From the NCBI GenBank assembly GCA_963795085.1, contig CAWCFX010000003.1, positions 1 through 64,000 on the forward strand: 64,000 nt of DNA. The letters are read 5' to 3'. Positions 57,023 through 64,000 of this stretch are shown piece by piece (the first letter of the stretch is position 1; every line of letters starts with the position of its first letter). The translations under genes and the position numbers were made by a program. This DNA is from an uncultured Gemmatimonadales bacterium. Its GTDB lineage: Bacteria > Gemmatimonadota > Gemmatimonadetes > Gemmatimonadales > GWC2-71-9. The notes beneath the pieces were generated by a model. It worked only from the letters and a program-made list of their open reading frames with translations. It did not search any database and was not told where the DNA came from.

Positions 57023-58431
57023 CAGCGCACCTCCGCCCTGGCATCCACGGCCTGCTCCAGGAGCCCGGCCACGCCCAGCATCTCGGGCTCCGCGAAGTAG
57101 GGTGCGATGATCTGCCCACCGACCGGGAGCCCGTCCGTCCGCCCGATGGGAAGGCTCATGGCCGGCAGGCCGGCCAGGCTCACCGCGCACACGAAGATAT
57201 CGGCCAGGTACATGGCGACCGGGTCTTCGCTCTTCTCGCCCGCCATGAAGGCCGGCGTGGGTGTCGTCGGGGTGAACAGGAAATCCACCCCCTCGGCAAA
57301 GACGGCCCGGAAGTCGTTGGCGATCAGCGCCCGCATCTGCTGGGCCCTGGCATAGTAGGCGTCGTAATAGCCCGCGCTCAGCACGTAGGTGCCGACCAGG
57401 ATGCGGCGGCGCACTTCGGGGCCGAACCCCCGGCCCCGGGTGGCCTGGTAGAGCGCCCGCACGTCGCCGTCCTTCGGCTCGATATGCCGGGGGCCATAGC
57501 GCACGCCGTCAAACCGCGCCAGGTTGGCGGCTGCTTCGGCGGGCGCCACGATGTAATAGGTCGGAACCGCGTACCGGCTGTGCGGGAGGCTCACCTCTTT
57601 GAGGGTGGCACCAAGTTCCTTCATCCGGTGTATGGTGCGGTCAGTAGCCGCTTTGACCCCCGGGTGAAGATCGGCCGGGAAGTACTCCTGCGGCAGTCCG
57701 ATGGTCACCCCCCGGAGATCGGGCCGGGTACCCGGTGCAGCCATGGATGGCGCCGCCACGCTGGTGGCTTCCAGGGGATCATGTCCGCTGATCACCTCCA
57801 GGACATCTGCCGCGTCCCGCACCGTGGCGCCAAACACCGAGACGCAGTCCAGCGACGAGCCGAACGCGACCAGCCCGTAGCGGCTCACCCGGCCGTAACT
57901 CGGCTTCACCCCCACGACGCCGCAGAAGCTGGCCGGCTGGCGCACCGAGCCCCCGGTCTCCGAGCCCAACGCGGCCGCCACCACCCCGGCCGCCACCAGG
58001 GCCGCGGATCCGCCGGAGCTGCCGCCCGGCACCCGCGCAGGGTCGATCGGATTCTTCACCCGGCCGAATGCCGAGTTCTCGGTCGAGGAGCCCATGGCGA
58101 ACTCGTCCAGGTTGGCCTTGGCGGCGATGATGGCCCCCGCTTCCCTCAGGCGATTGACCACGGTCGCGTTGAAGGGCGAGAGGTAACCCTCGAGGATCCT
58201 CGAGGCACAGGTCGTGGGCTGCTCGACGGTGACGATGTTGTCCTTGAGCGCTACCGGCCGGGCGTGGAGCCGGCCGGCCTGGGGCATCGCGTCCACCCGC
58301 GCCGCCTCCGCCTGGAGCGCCGCCCGGGACCAGTGCAGCGTCGCGTTCAGCGGCTCGGCGCGCTCTAACCGGTCGCCCACCTCGGCGGCGGCCGTCGCGG
58401 CGCTTTCCCGGGTCCCGGGGGCCCCGCTCAT
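57022..58431 (-). CDS. gatA: Asp/Glu-tRNA amidotransferase subunit A
   Basis: KDN, DEFAMGSSTE, PGGSSGGS, GSETGGSVRQPA, RFDGVRYG. Confidence 0.97.
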   Translation of the reverse strand: MSGAPGTRESAATAAAEVGDRLERAEPLNATLHWSRAALQAEAARVDAMPQAGRLHARPVALKDNIVTVEQPTTCASRILEGYLSPFNATVVNRLREAGAIIAAKANLDEFAMGSSTENSAFGRVKNPIDPARVPGGSSGGSAALVAAGVVAAALGSETGGSVRQPASFCGVVGVKPSYGRVSRYGLVAFGSSLDCVSVFGATVRDAADVLEVISGHDPLEATSVAAPSMAAPGTRPDLRGVTIGLPQEYFPADLHPGVKAATDRTIHRMKELGATLKEVSLPHSRYAVPTYYIVAPAEAAANLARFDGVRYGPRHIEPKDGDVRALYQATRGRGFGPEVRRRILVGTYVLSAGYYDAYYARAQQMRALIANDFRAVFAEGVDFLFTPTTPTPAFMAGEKSEDPVAMYLADIFVCAVSLAGLPAMSLPIGRTDGLPVGGQIIAPYFAEPEMLGVAGLLEQAVDARAEVR

Positions 58432-58730
58432 TCTTCGCTCTCCATGGCGCCCAGCTTCGGCACCACGAACAGTCCGCCGACAAACGCGGGCGCCATCGCC
58501 GCCGGGCCGCGGGCCAGTGGCACCGGGGCTACGACGTCCTCGCGGAGCGGCGTCAGGGCCGGGCCGGCCAGGAAGGGGGGGGCCGCCTCATTCGCCGGCG
58601 CGGTGTTCAGGTCCGCCACGAAATCCACGATCCGGGAGAGCTGTTCCACCAGCCGGGGGAGTTCCTGCTCGCTCACCGCCAGTTCGGCAAGGTTCGCCAC
58701 GTGGATGACTTCGTCTCTGCCTATGCTCAC
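58428..58730 (-). CDS. gatC: Asp/Glu-tRNA amidotransferase subunit C
   Basis: EV.HVA.LA.L, LRED, F.VPK; directly upstream of gatA. Confidence 0.93.
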   Translation of the reverse strand: MSIGRDEVIHVANLAELAVSEQELPRLVEQLSRIVDFVADLNTAPANEAAPPFLAGPALTPLREDVVAPVPLARGPAAMAPAFVGGLFVVPKLGAMESEE

Positions 58731-61033
58731 GCTCCCTCCCAGTCACGTTCGAGGCCGGCATAGGCCACCAGCAACTGCTTGGTTCCGGCTTCGTCGTCGT
58801 CAAAGACGATCTCGACCTTGAGATCGCGTCCGGCGCCGACCAGTCCCTTGATGGTCCCGCTGCCAAAGCGCCGGTGCTTGACCCGCTCCCCCCGCACGTA
58901 GCGAGGCGCATCCTGCGACGCCTCCTCCGCGGGGACCGTGGAGGCGCGGTAGGATGGGGCTTCGTCGCTGAAGTTCTCATAGCCGCTGGATGCCGGGGCG
59001 CCGTACCCGCGGCCCGGCTTTCCGCCGTAGCGCCCCCGGTAGGAGGACACCGTGAACATCGAGCTGGTTCGTTCCTCCCGGATCAGTGCCGCGGGGACTG
59101 CCTTGAGAAAGCGTGACGCCATGCCGGGGCGAAGCTCCCCGCCCCGCCGGCGGGCCCGGGCCCAGGTGAGGTAGAGCTTGTCCTTGGCCCGGGTCAACCC
59201 GACGTAGCAGAGCCGCCGTTCCTCTTCCACGCCGCCCGGCTGCTCCTCGGCGCGGGCCAGCGGGAACAACCCGTCTTCCAGTCCGGAGAGCACCACGACC
59301 GGCCATTCGAGCCCCTTGGCGGTGTGCAGCGTCATCAGGGTCACCCCCTCCTCCGACCCGGTGACTTCATCGGGGCCGGCCAGCAGCGCCGCCTCGGAAA
59401 GAAACCGCTCCAGCGGCGTGGTGGCGTCTTCTTCCTCGCCCGGGGTCACGTCCTCGGACCACTCGGCGGCGCTGGCCACCAGTTCCCGGACGTTGTCCCA
59501 ACGGTCCTCGCCCTCGGGACCTTCCGCCAGCAGCAGCTTTTCGTACTCGATGGACTGGATCACCTGCTCCAGGACCCGGGCCGGTGCCAGGGTGACAGAA
59601 TCAGCCCGGAGCGTTTCGACCAGCTGGGCGAATCTGGCGAGCCCTGCCCGCACATTGGGACGGAGATCGGGCACCCGGTCAGCCATCGCGGCCACCGCGA
59701 GAAGCGGCTTCTGCCACTGGTCCGCGGCCCGGCCGAGGGTGGCCAGGCTGGCCTCGCCCAGTCCTCTCCGGGGCACCCCCACGGCCCGGAGAAAGGCTTC
59801 GTTGTCTTTCGGGTTGGCGATGAGACGCAGGTAGGCAAGCAGGTCCTTGACCTCCCGCCGGTCGTAGAACCCGGTGGCCCCCACGATCCGATATGGCATA
59901 CCCGCCCGCCGGAAGGCTTCCTCCAGCGCCCGCGACTGGGAGTTGGTCCGGTAGAGCACCGCCATCTCGGGATACTCCCAGTCGCCCGCCGCCCGCCGTT
60001 TGCCAAGCTCCCGCGCAATCCATTCGGCCTCGTCCCGCTCGTCGGCGGCGGCCACCAGCACCACCGTCTCTCCACCCTTCCGGGCGGTTCGGAGCGTCTT
60101 GCCCAGCCGGCCGGTGTTCTCCGCGATCACGCCGTTGGCCGCGTCCAGAATAATCTGGGTGGAACGGTAATTCTCCTCGAGCCGCACCAGCTTGACGGGG
60201 TCGAAATCCTGCTGAAAATCGCGCATATTTTTCACGTTGGCCCCCCGCCAGCCATAGATGGACTGGTCGTCATCGCCGACGGCGGTGATGTTCCCGTGGG
60301 CGCCGATCAGCTTGATCAACTGATACTGGGCAACGTTGGTATCCTGAAATTCGTCCACCAGGAGAAAGCTGAACCGGCGCCGGTAGTGCTCCAGCCGGTC
60401 GGGGCGCTCCCGGAACAGGGTGAGCGGATGCAGCATCAGGTCATCGAAATCCATCGCGTTCGCCGTCTTGAGCGCCGGGCCCAGGGCGGAGAATATGTCA
60501 GCCGAGACCTCGGCGAGCCGGTCATAGGCGGCCGCCTTCCGGAGGTCGTCCGGGGTCTGCATCCGGTTCTTGGCCGAGGAGATCAGGGCCTGCACGGCCC
60601 GGGGTGGGAAGAGCTTGGTGTTGGCGCCCCGCTGCTCCATGAGCCGGCGGATCAGCGCCAGCCGGTCATCTTCGTCGTAGATCGTAAACTGGCGGGTAAA
60701 CCCGAGCGCCTCCGCCTCCCGCCTGAGGATCCGGGCGGAGAGCGAGTGAAAGGTGCCGATCCAGAGGCCGCCGGGGTCCCGGCCCAGCAGCCGCCCCACC
60801 CGCTGCTTCATCTCGTGGGCGGCCTTGTTGGTGAAGGTGACCGCGAAGAGCTGCTGTGGCGCCACCCCGTGATCGTCGATCAGCCGGGCAATCCGGACCG
60901 TCAAAACCCGGGTCTTGCCCGATCCCGCCCCCGCCAGCACCAGCATCGGCCCGGTAACGTGCTCGACCGCCTCCCGTTGCGCGGGGTTCAGGGTTTCCAA
61001 CAGGGAATCGGATATGGTCTTCTCGGTCATCAC
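58727..61033 (-). CDS. pcrA: UvrD/PcrA-family DNA helicase
   Basis: AGAGSGKT, VDEFQDTN, GDDDQSIYGWRG, NYRS, TLHTAKGLE, EERRLCYVG.TRA, C-terminal Tudor-like domain. Confidence 0.96.
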   Translation of the reverse strand: MMTEKTISDSLLETLNPAQREAVEHVTGPMLVLAGAGSGKTRVLTVRIARLIDDHGVAPQQLFAVTFTNKAAHEMKQRVGRLLGRDPGGLWIGTFHSLSARILRREAEALGFTRQFTIYDEDDRLALIRRLMEQRGANTKLFPPRAVQALISSAKNRMQTPDDLRKAAAYDRLAEVSADIFSALGPALKTANAMDFDDLMLHPLTLFRERPDRLEHYRRRFSFLLVDEFQDTNVAQYQLIKLIGAHGNITAVGDDDQSIYGWRGANVKNMRDFQQDFDPVKLVRLEENYRSTQIILDAANGVIAENTGRLGKTLRTARKGGETVVLVAAADERDEAEWIARELGKRRAAGDWEYPEMAVLYRTNSQSRALEEAFRRAGMPYRIVGATGFYDRREVKDLLAYLRLIANPKDNEAFLRAVGVPRRGLGEASLATLGRAADQWQKPLLAVAAMADRVPDLRPNVRAGLARFAQLVETLRADSVTLAPARVLEQVIQSIEYEKLLLAEGPEGEDRWDNVRELVASAAEWSEDVTPGEEEDATTPLERFLSEAALLAGPDEVTGSEEGVTLMTLHTAKGLEWPVVVLSGLEDGLFPLARAEEQPGGVEEERRLCYVGLTRAKDKLYLTWARARRRGGELRPGMASRFLKAVPAALIREERTSSMFTVSSYRGRYGGKPGRGYGAPASSGYENFSDEAPSYRASTVPAEEASQDAPRYVRGERVKHRRFGSGTIKGLVGAGRDLKVEIVFDDDEAGTKQLLVAYAGLERDWEGA

Positions 61034-62202
61034 ATCCCTCGACCCGGGTCCTCGGTCGGCAGGCGAATCAGAAAGCTGGCGCCCCGCTCAGTATTCTCCA
61101 GTACCAATTCGCCGCCATGGCTGTCCTCAATAACGCGACGCGACAGCGCGAGGCCGATTCCCCACCCGCCGGTCTTGGTGGTGATGCCCGGCTCGAAAAG
61201 CGTACGCCGGACTTCGCGTGGCACCCCGGGCCCGTCGTCCACCACCCGCAACTCGGCCTTCCCGTTCCGGGCATGGGCGTCCAGCGTGATGGACCCGGCC
61301 CGGCCCTGCAGCGCGTCGATGGCGTTCTTCACCAGGTTTTCAAGCGCCCACTCCAGCAGTACCGGGTCACCCAGCACCATCGGACCCGGTCCCGGAGCGA
61401 TCACGGTGAGCTCGATCGGCTGGGCGTGCCGCGGCAGGCGGGGGCGGAAATATTCCGCCACTTTGCCCGCCAGCATGCCCAGGCCCACGGGCTCCTGACG
61501 CGCCGGATGGCCGATCCGTTCGAACCGCCGGGCTACCCGGTCCAGCCGGTCAGCATCGGACGCCAGGTAATCCGCGAGCCCATGGGGCGGCGTGGGGCGA
61601 GACCGGATCTGTTCCACCCACCCCTTGAGACTGGTGAGGGGGGTGCCAAGCTGGTGGGCTGCTTCCCGGGCCATGCCGGCCCAGAGGCGGTCCCGCTCCG
61701 CCGCCATGGCGCTTCGATACCCGAACACGGCGACGCCGACGACCACCACCAGCGTCAGCCCCTGCAGAACGGCCAGCATGGTGAGCTGCTGCTCCGCCGC
61801 GACCGAGCCATAGTGCACGATGGTGCCGAGGGTGGATTCGAGCAGCGGCGGATTGACGCGGTCCAGCTGGCGGACATACTCCAGCACACGGGGGTCATCC
61901 AGCGGCGCGTCGAACGGCAGGTTATCGGCCGCGGTCACCCGGCCCGCCGTGTCGGTGATGACCACCGGAATGCCCAGTTGGCGCACCCGCTTGCCGATCT
62001 CCACCAGCGCGTCCGCCTCGGCGCCCTCCCGGGGATCGCTCAGCGCGGCGTAAACGCCGTAGGAGAGCCGGGTGACCGATTCCGCTTCGTGCTGAAAGTG
62101 GCGGACCACGATGACGGAGGAGGAGATGGTCAGACCCGCCAGCAGGGCGACCAGGGCCCAGGCGATGGAGGGCGCCCAGCGGCCAAGCTGGCGCTTACGC
62201 AC
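61030..62202 (-). CDS. Membrane sensor histidine kinase
   Basis: Two TMs; H box REAAHQLGTPL, ENLVKNAIDA, DDGPG, GWGIGL; probable GTG 62202 overlapping the serS stop. Confidence 0.93.
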   Translation of the reverse strand: MRKRQLGRWAPSIAWALVALLAGLTISSSVIVVRHFQHEAESVTRLSYGVYAALSDPREGAEADALVEIGKRVRQLGIPVVITDTAGRVTAADNLPFDAPLDDPRVLEYVRQLDRVNPPLLESTLGTIVHYGSVAAEQQLTMLAVLQGLTLVVVVGVAVFGYRSAMAAERDRLWAGMAREAAHQLGTPLTSLKGWVEQIRSRPTPPHGLADYLASDADRLDRVARRFERIGHPARQEPVGLGMLAGKVAEYFRPRLPRHAQPIELTVIAPGPGPMVLGDPVLLEWALENLVKNAIDALQGRAGSITLDAHARNGKAELRVVDDGPGVPREVRRTLFEPGITTKTGGWGIGLALSRRVIEDSHGGELVLENTERGASFLIRLPTEDPGRGM

Positions 62203-63478
62203 GGGGACGGAGACGCTCGGTCCCCATGAACGGGACCAGGGCGTCGGGGATCCGGACGGAGCCGTCGGGATCCTGGTAGTTCTCCAGGATGGCGATGATG
62301 GTCCGGGGAAACGCCAGCCCCGACGCATTGAGGGTGTGCACGTACTCGGGCTTGGCCCCCGCCGCGGGACGATAGCGGATATTGGCCCGGCGCGCCTGGA
62401 AATCGGTGAAGGTGCTGGCGCTGCTCACTTCGAGCCAGGACCCGACGCCGGGCGCCCAGACTTCGATGTCATAGGTGGACGCGCTGGCAAAGCCGGTGTC
62501 CCCCGCGCCCAGGTGGAGAACCCGGTAGGGCAACTCCAGCCGCTGCAGCACTGCCTCGGCGTGCCCGGTGATCAATGTGTGGTCGGCGCTGGAATCTTCC
62601 GGCCGGGTGATGCGCACCAGCTCGACCTTGTCGAACTGATGCAGCCGGATCAACCCGCGGGTGTCTTTCCCGTGGGCACCCGCCTCGCGCCGGAAGCACG
62701 GCGTCAGCGCGGTATAGGCAATGGGAAGCGCGGAAGCCTCGAGAATTTCGCCCTGGTGCAGGTTGGTGACCGGCACTTCCGAGGTGGGAATCAGGAAGAG
62801 ATCGTCATCGCTGACCCGGTAGAGTTCCTCCGCGAACTTGGGGAGCTGGCCGGTGCCCGTCATGGTCGCCCGGTTGACCAGAAAGGGCGGCGCGACCTCG
62901 GTGTATCCGTGCTCCCCGGTGTGGAGATCCAGCATGAAGTTCCCCAGGGCGCGCACCAGCCGGGCGCCGAGTCCGGTGAAGACCGGGAACCCGGAGCCGG
63001 TGATCCGGGCGCCCCGGGGCAGGTCGAAGAGTCCCAGCGCGGTGCCCAGGTCCCAGTGGGCCTGGGGCATGTAGGGGAACGTGCGGATGTCGCCCCACCG
63101 GCGCAATTCCCGGCTGGCGTCGGCACCGCCATCGGGTACGCCGGGCAGCGGGAGATTGGGAACTCCCAGGACCAGCTCGTCCAGTTCCGCATCGATCTCG
63201 CGGACCCGGGCGTCGAGCGTCTTGACCTCCTCGCCCGAGACCTTGAGGCTGGCCATCAGGTCGTCCGCCGGCGCCTGGTTTCGCTTGCGGCGGGCGACTT
63301 CCTCGCTGGCCTGGTTGCGCTCCGCCTTGATGGCCTCGACCCGCCCCAGCGCCTCCCGCCGCCGCCGGTCGGCGTCGAGAATTCGCTCCAGCGCCAGCGG
63401 CAGTGCGGCATCCTGCCGGCGCGCCAGCGCGGCGCCGAACGCCGCCGGGTCCTGCCGTAGCTTCCGGAGATCGATCAC
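62195..63478 (-). CDS. serS: Serine--tRNA ligase
   Basis: GTGQLPKF, LIPTSEV, FRREAG, R.HQFDKVE, TLNASGLA. Confidence 0.98.
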   Translation of the reverse strand: MIDLRKLRQDPAAFGAALARRQDAALPLALERILDADRRRREALGRVEAIKAERNQASEEVARRKRNQAPADDLMASLKVSGEEVKTLDARVREIDAELDELVLGVPNLPLPGVPDGGADASRELRRWGDIRTFPYMPQAHWDLGTALGLFDLPRGARITGSGFPVFTGLGARLVRALGNFMLDLHTGEHGYTEVAPPFLVNRATMTGTGQLPKFAEELYRVSDDDLFLIPTSEVPVTNLHQGEILEASALPIAYTALTPCFRREAGAHGKDTRGLIRLHQFDKVELVRITRPEDSSADHTLITGHAEAVLQRLELPYRVLHLGAGDTGFASASTYDIEVWAPGVGSWLEVSSASTFTDFQARRANIRYRPAAGAKPEYVHTLNASGLAFPRTIIAILENYQDPDGSVRIPDALVPFMGTERLRPRA

Positions 63479-63482
63479 CGGA

Positions 63483-64000
63483 CTACTCGGTGGGAATACC
63501 GGGGGTCAGCCGCTTGTATCCGCAGTTGGTGTTGGCCAGCACCTTGAGATCCACCGAGCGGGTGGAATCCACGAACCCGAGGACCTCCAGCTTCGAGTAG
63601 ACCGCTACCCCGATGCCGCACACCAGCCGGGAACGAACCACGAACACCTGGCCGCTGTCCACGGCGATGGAATCGAGGGTGATGTACCCGTTGCTCGGCG
63701 CCTTGCGGATCTGGTCGAAACCCTCGGACCGGCGCTGCAGGCCGGGGTTGATGGAGTTGTTGACGCGGAGGTCCAGGACCGCCTGCGGCAGGAAATACCG
63801 GGTGGTGTCGGTGCCCAGGACCACCACGTCGTAGGCGAAATCGAAGGCGGTCGTGCGGTCGGTCCGGACCGGGCCATCAAGGACCGAGTATCCGCTGGGC
63901 GATTGCACCGGAGTGTTGTGCAGGGCAAACAGGCTCAGCGTGTCCACGAAGTTGTTGTCCCGGGCGGGCGGCAACTCGTTGGGATCGGTGCAGGCGGCCA
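63483..64000 (-). CDS. Hypothetical lipoprotein, 5'-partial
   Basis: Frame stays open to the window edge and reads ...AACTDPNELPP (lipobox-like). Confidence 0.75.
   Translation of the reverse strand, partial: AACTDPNELPPARDNNFVDTLSLFALHNTPVQSPSGYSVLDGPVRTDRTTAFDFAYDVVVLGTDTTRYFLPQAVLDLRVNNSINPGLQRRSEGFDQIRKAPSNGYITLDSIAVDSGQVFVVRSRLVCGIGVAVYSKLEVLGFVDSTRSVDLKVLANTNCGYKRLTPGIPTE

Overview
GC-rich bacterial chromosomal segment; gene style and order suggest Gemmatimonadota, which is an inference. About 17.6-64 kb is mostly housekeeping on the minus strand: serS, uvrD/pcrA, gatCAB, rimP-nusA-infB-rbfA-truB-ribF-secDF, tatD, fhs, ridA, murI, an envelope operon (HEAT-cyclophilin, peptidase/TolB/Omp85 protein, LptE), rph and rdgB, plus murA on the plus strand. 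Three tRNA genes are present: Arg-UCU, Pro-UGG and Sec-UCA. The most notable part is the first ~15.5 kb. It holds an orphan OmpR-family regulator and a gene set resembling hypoxia/dormancy loci: P1B-5 ATPase, degenerate phosphoribosyltransferase, two-domain multicopper oxidase, ADP-forming acyl-CoA synthetase, CBS protein, tandem USP, Acg nitroreductase and a lipoprotein. Six upstream regions share one architecture: (C/A/G)TTCA repeats at an 11-bp period, then exactly 12 nt, then an NANNNT -10-like hexamer; a seventh has an 11-nt gap. One site lies upstream of the regulator and another upstream of a 51-codon ORF missing from the ORF track, so this is a candidate undescribed regulon. Other points are a Cys-to-Asp MurA, a split YhcX-like pair, a secreted 14-repeat WD40 protein in an accessory operon next to selC, several 7-9 nt intergenic tandem repeats, and candidate leaderless promoters. 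No CRISPR array, integrase or transposase was seen. All calls come from reading motifs by eye; no searches were run.
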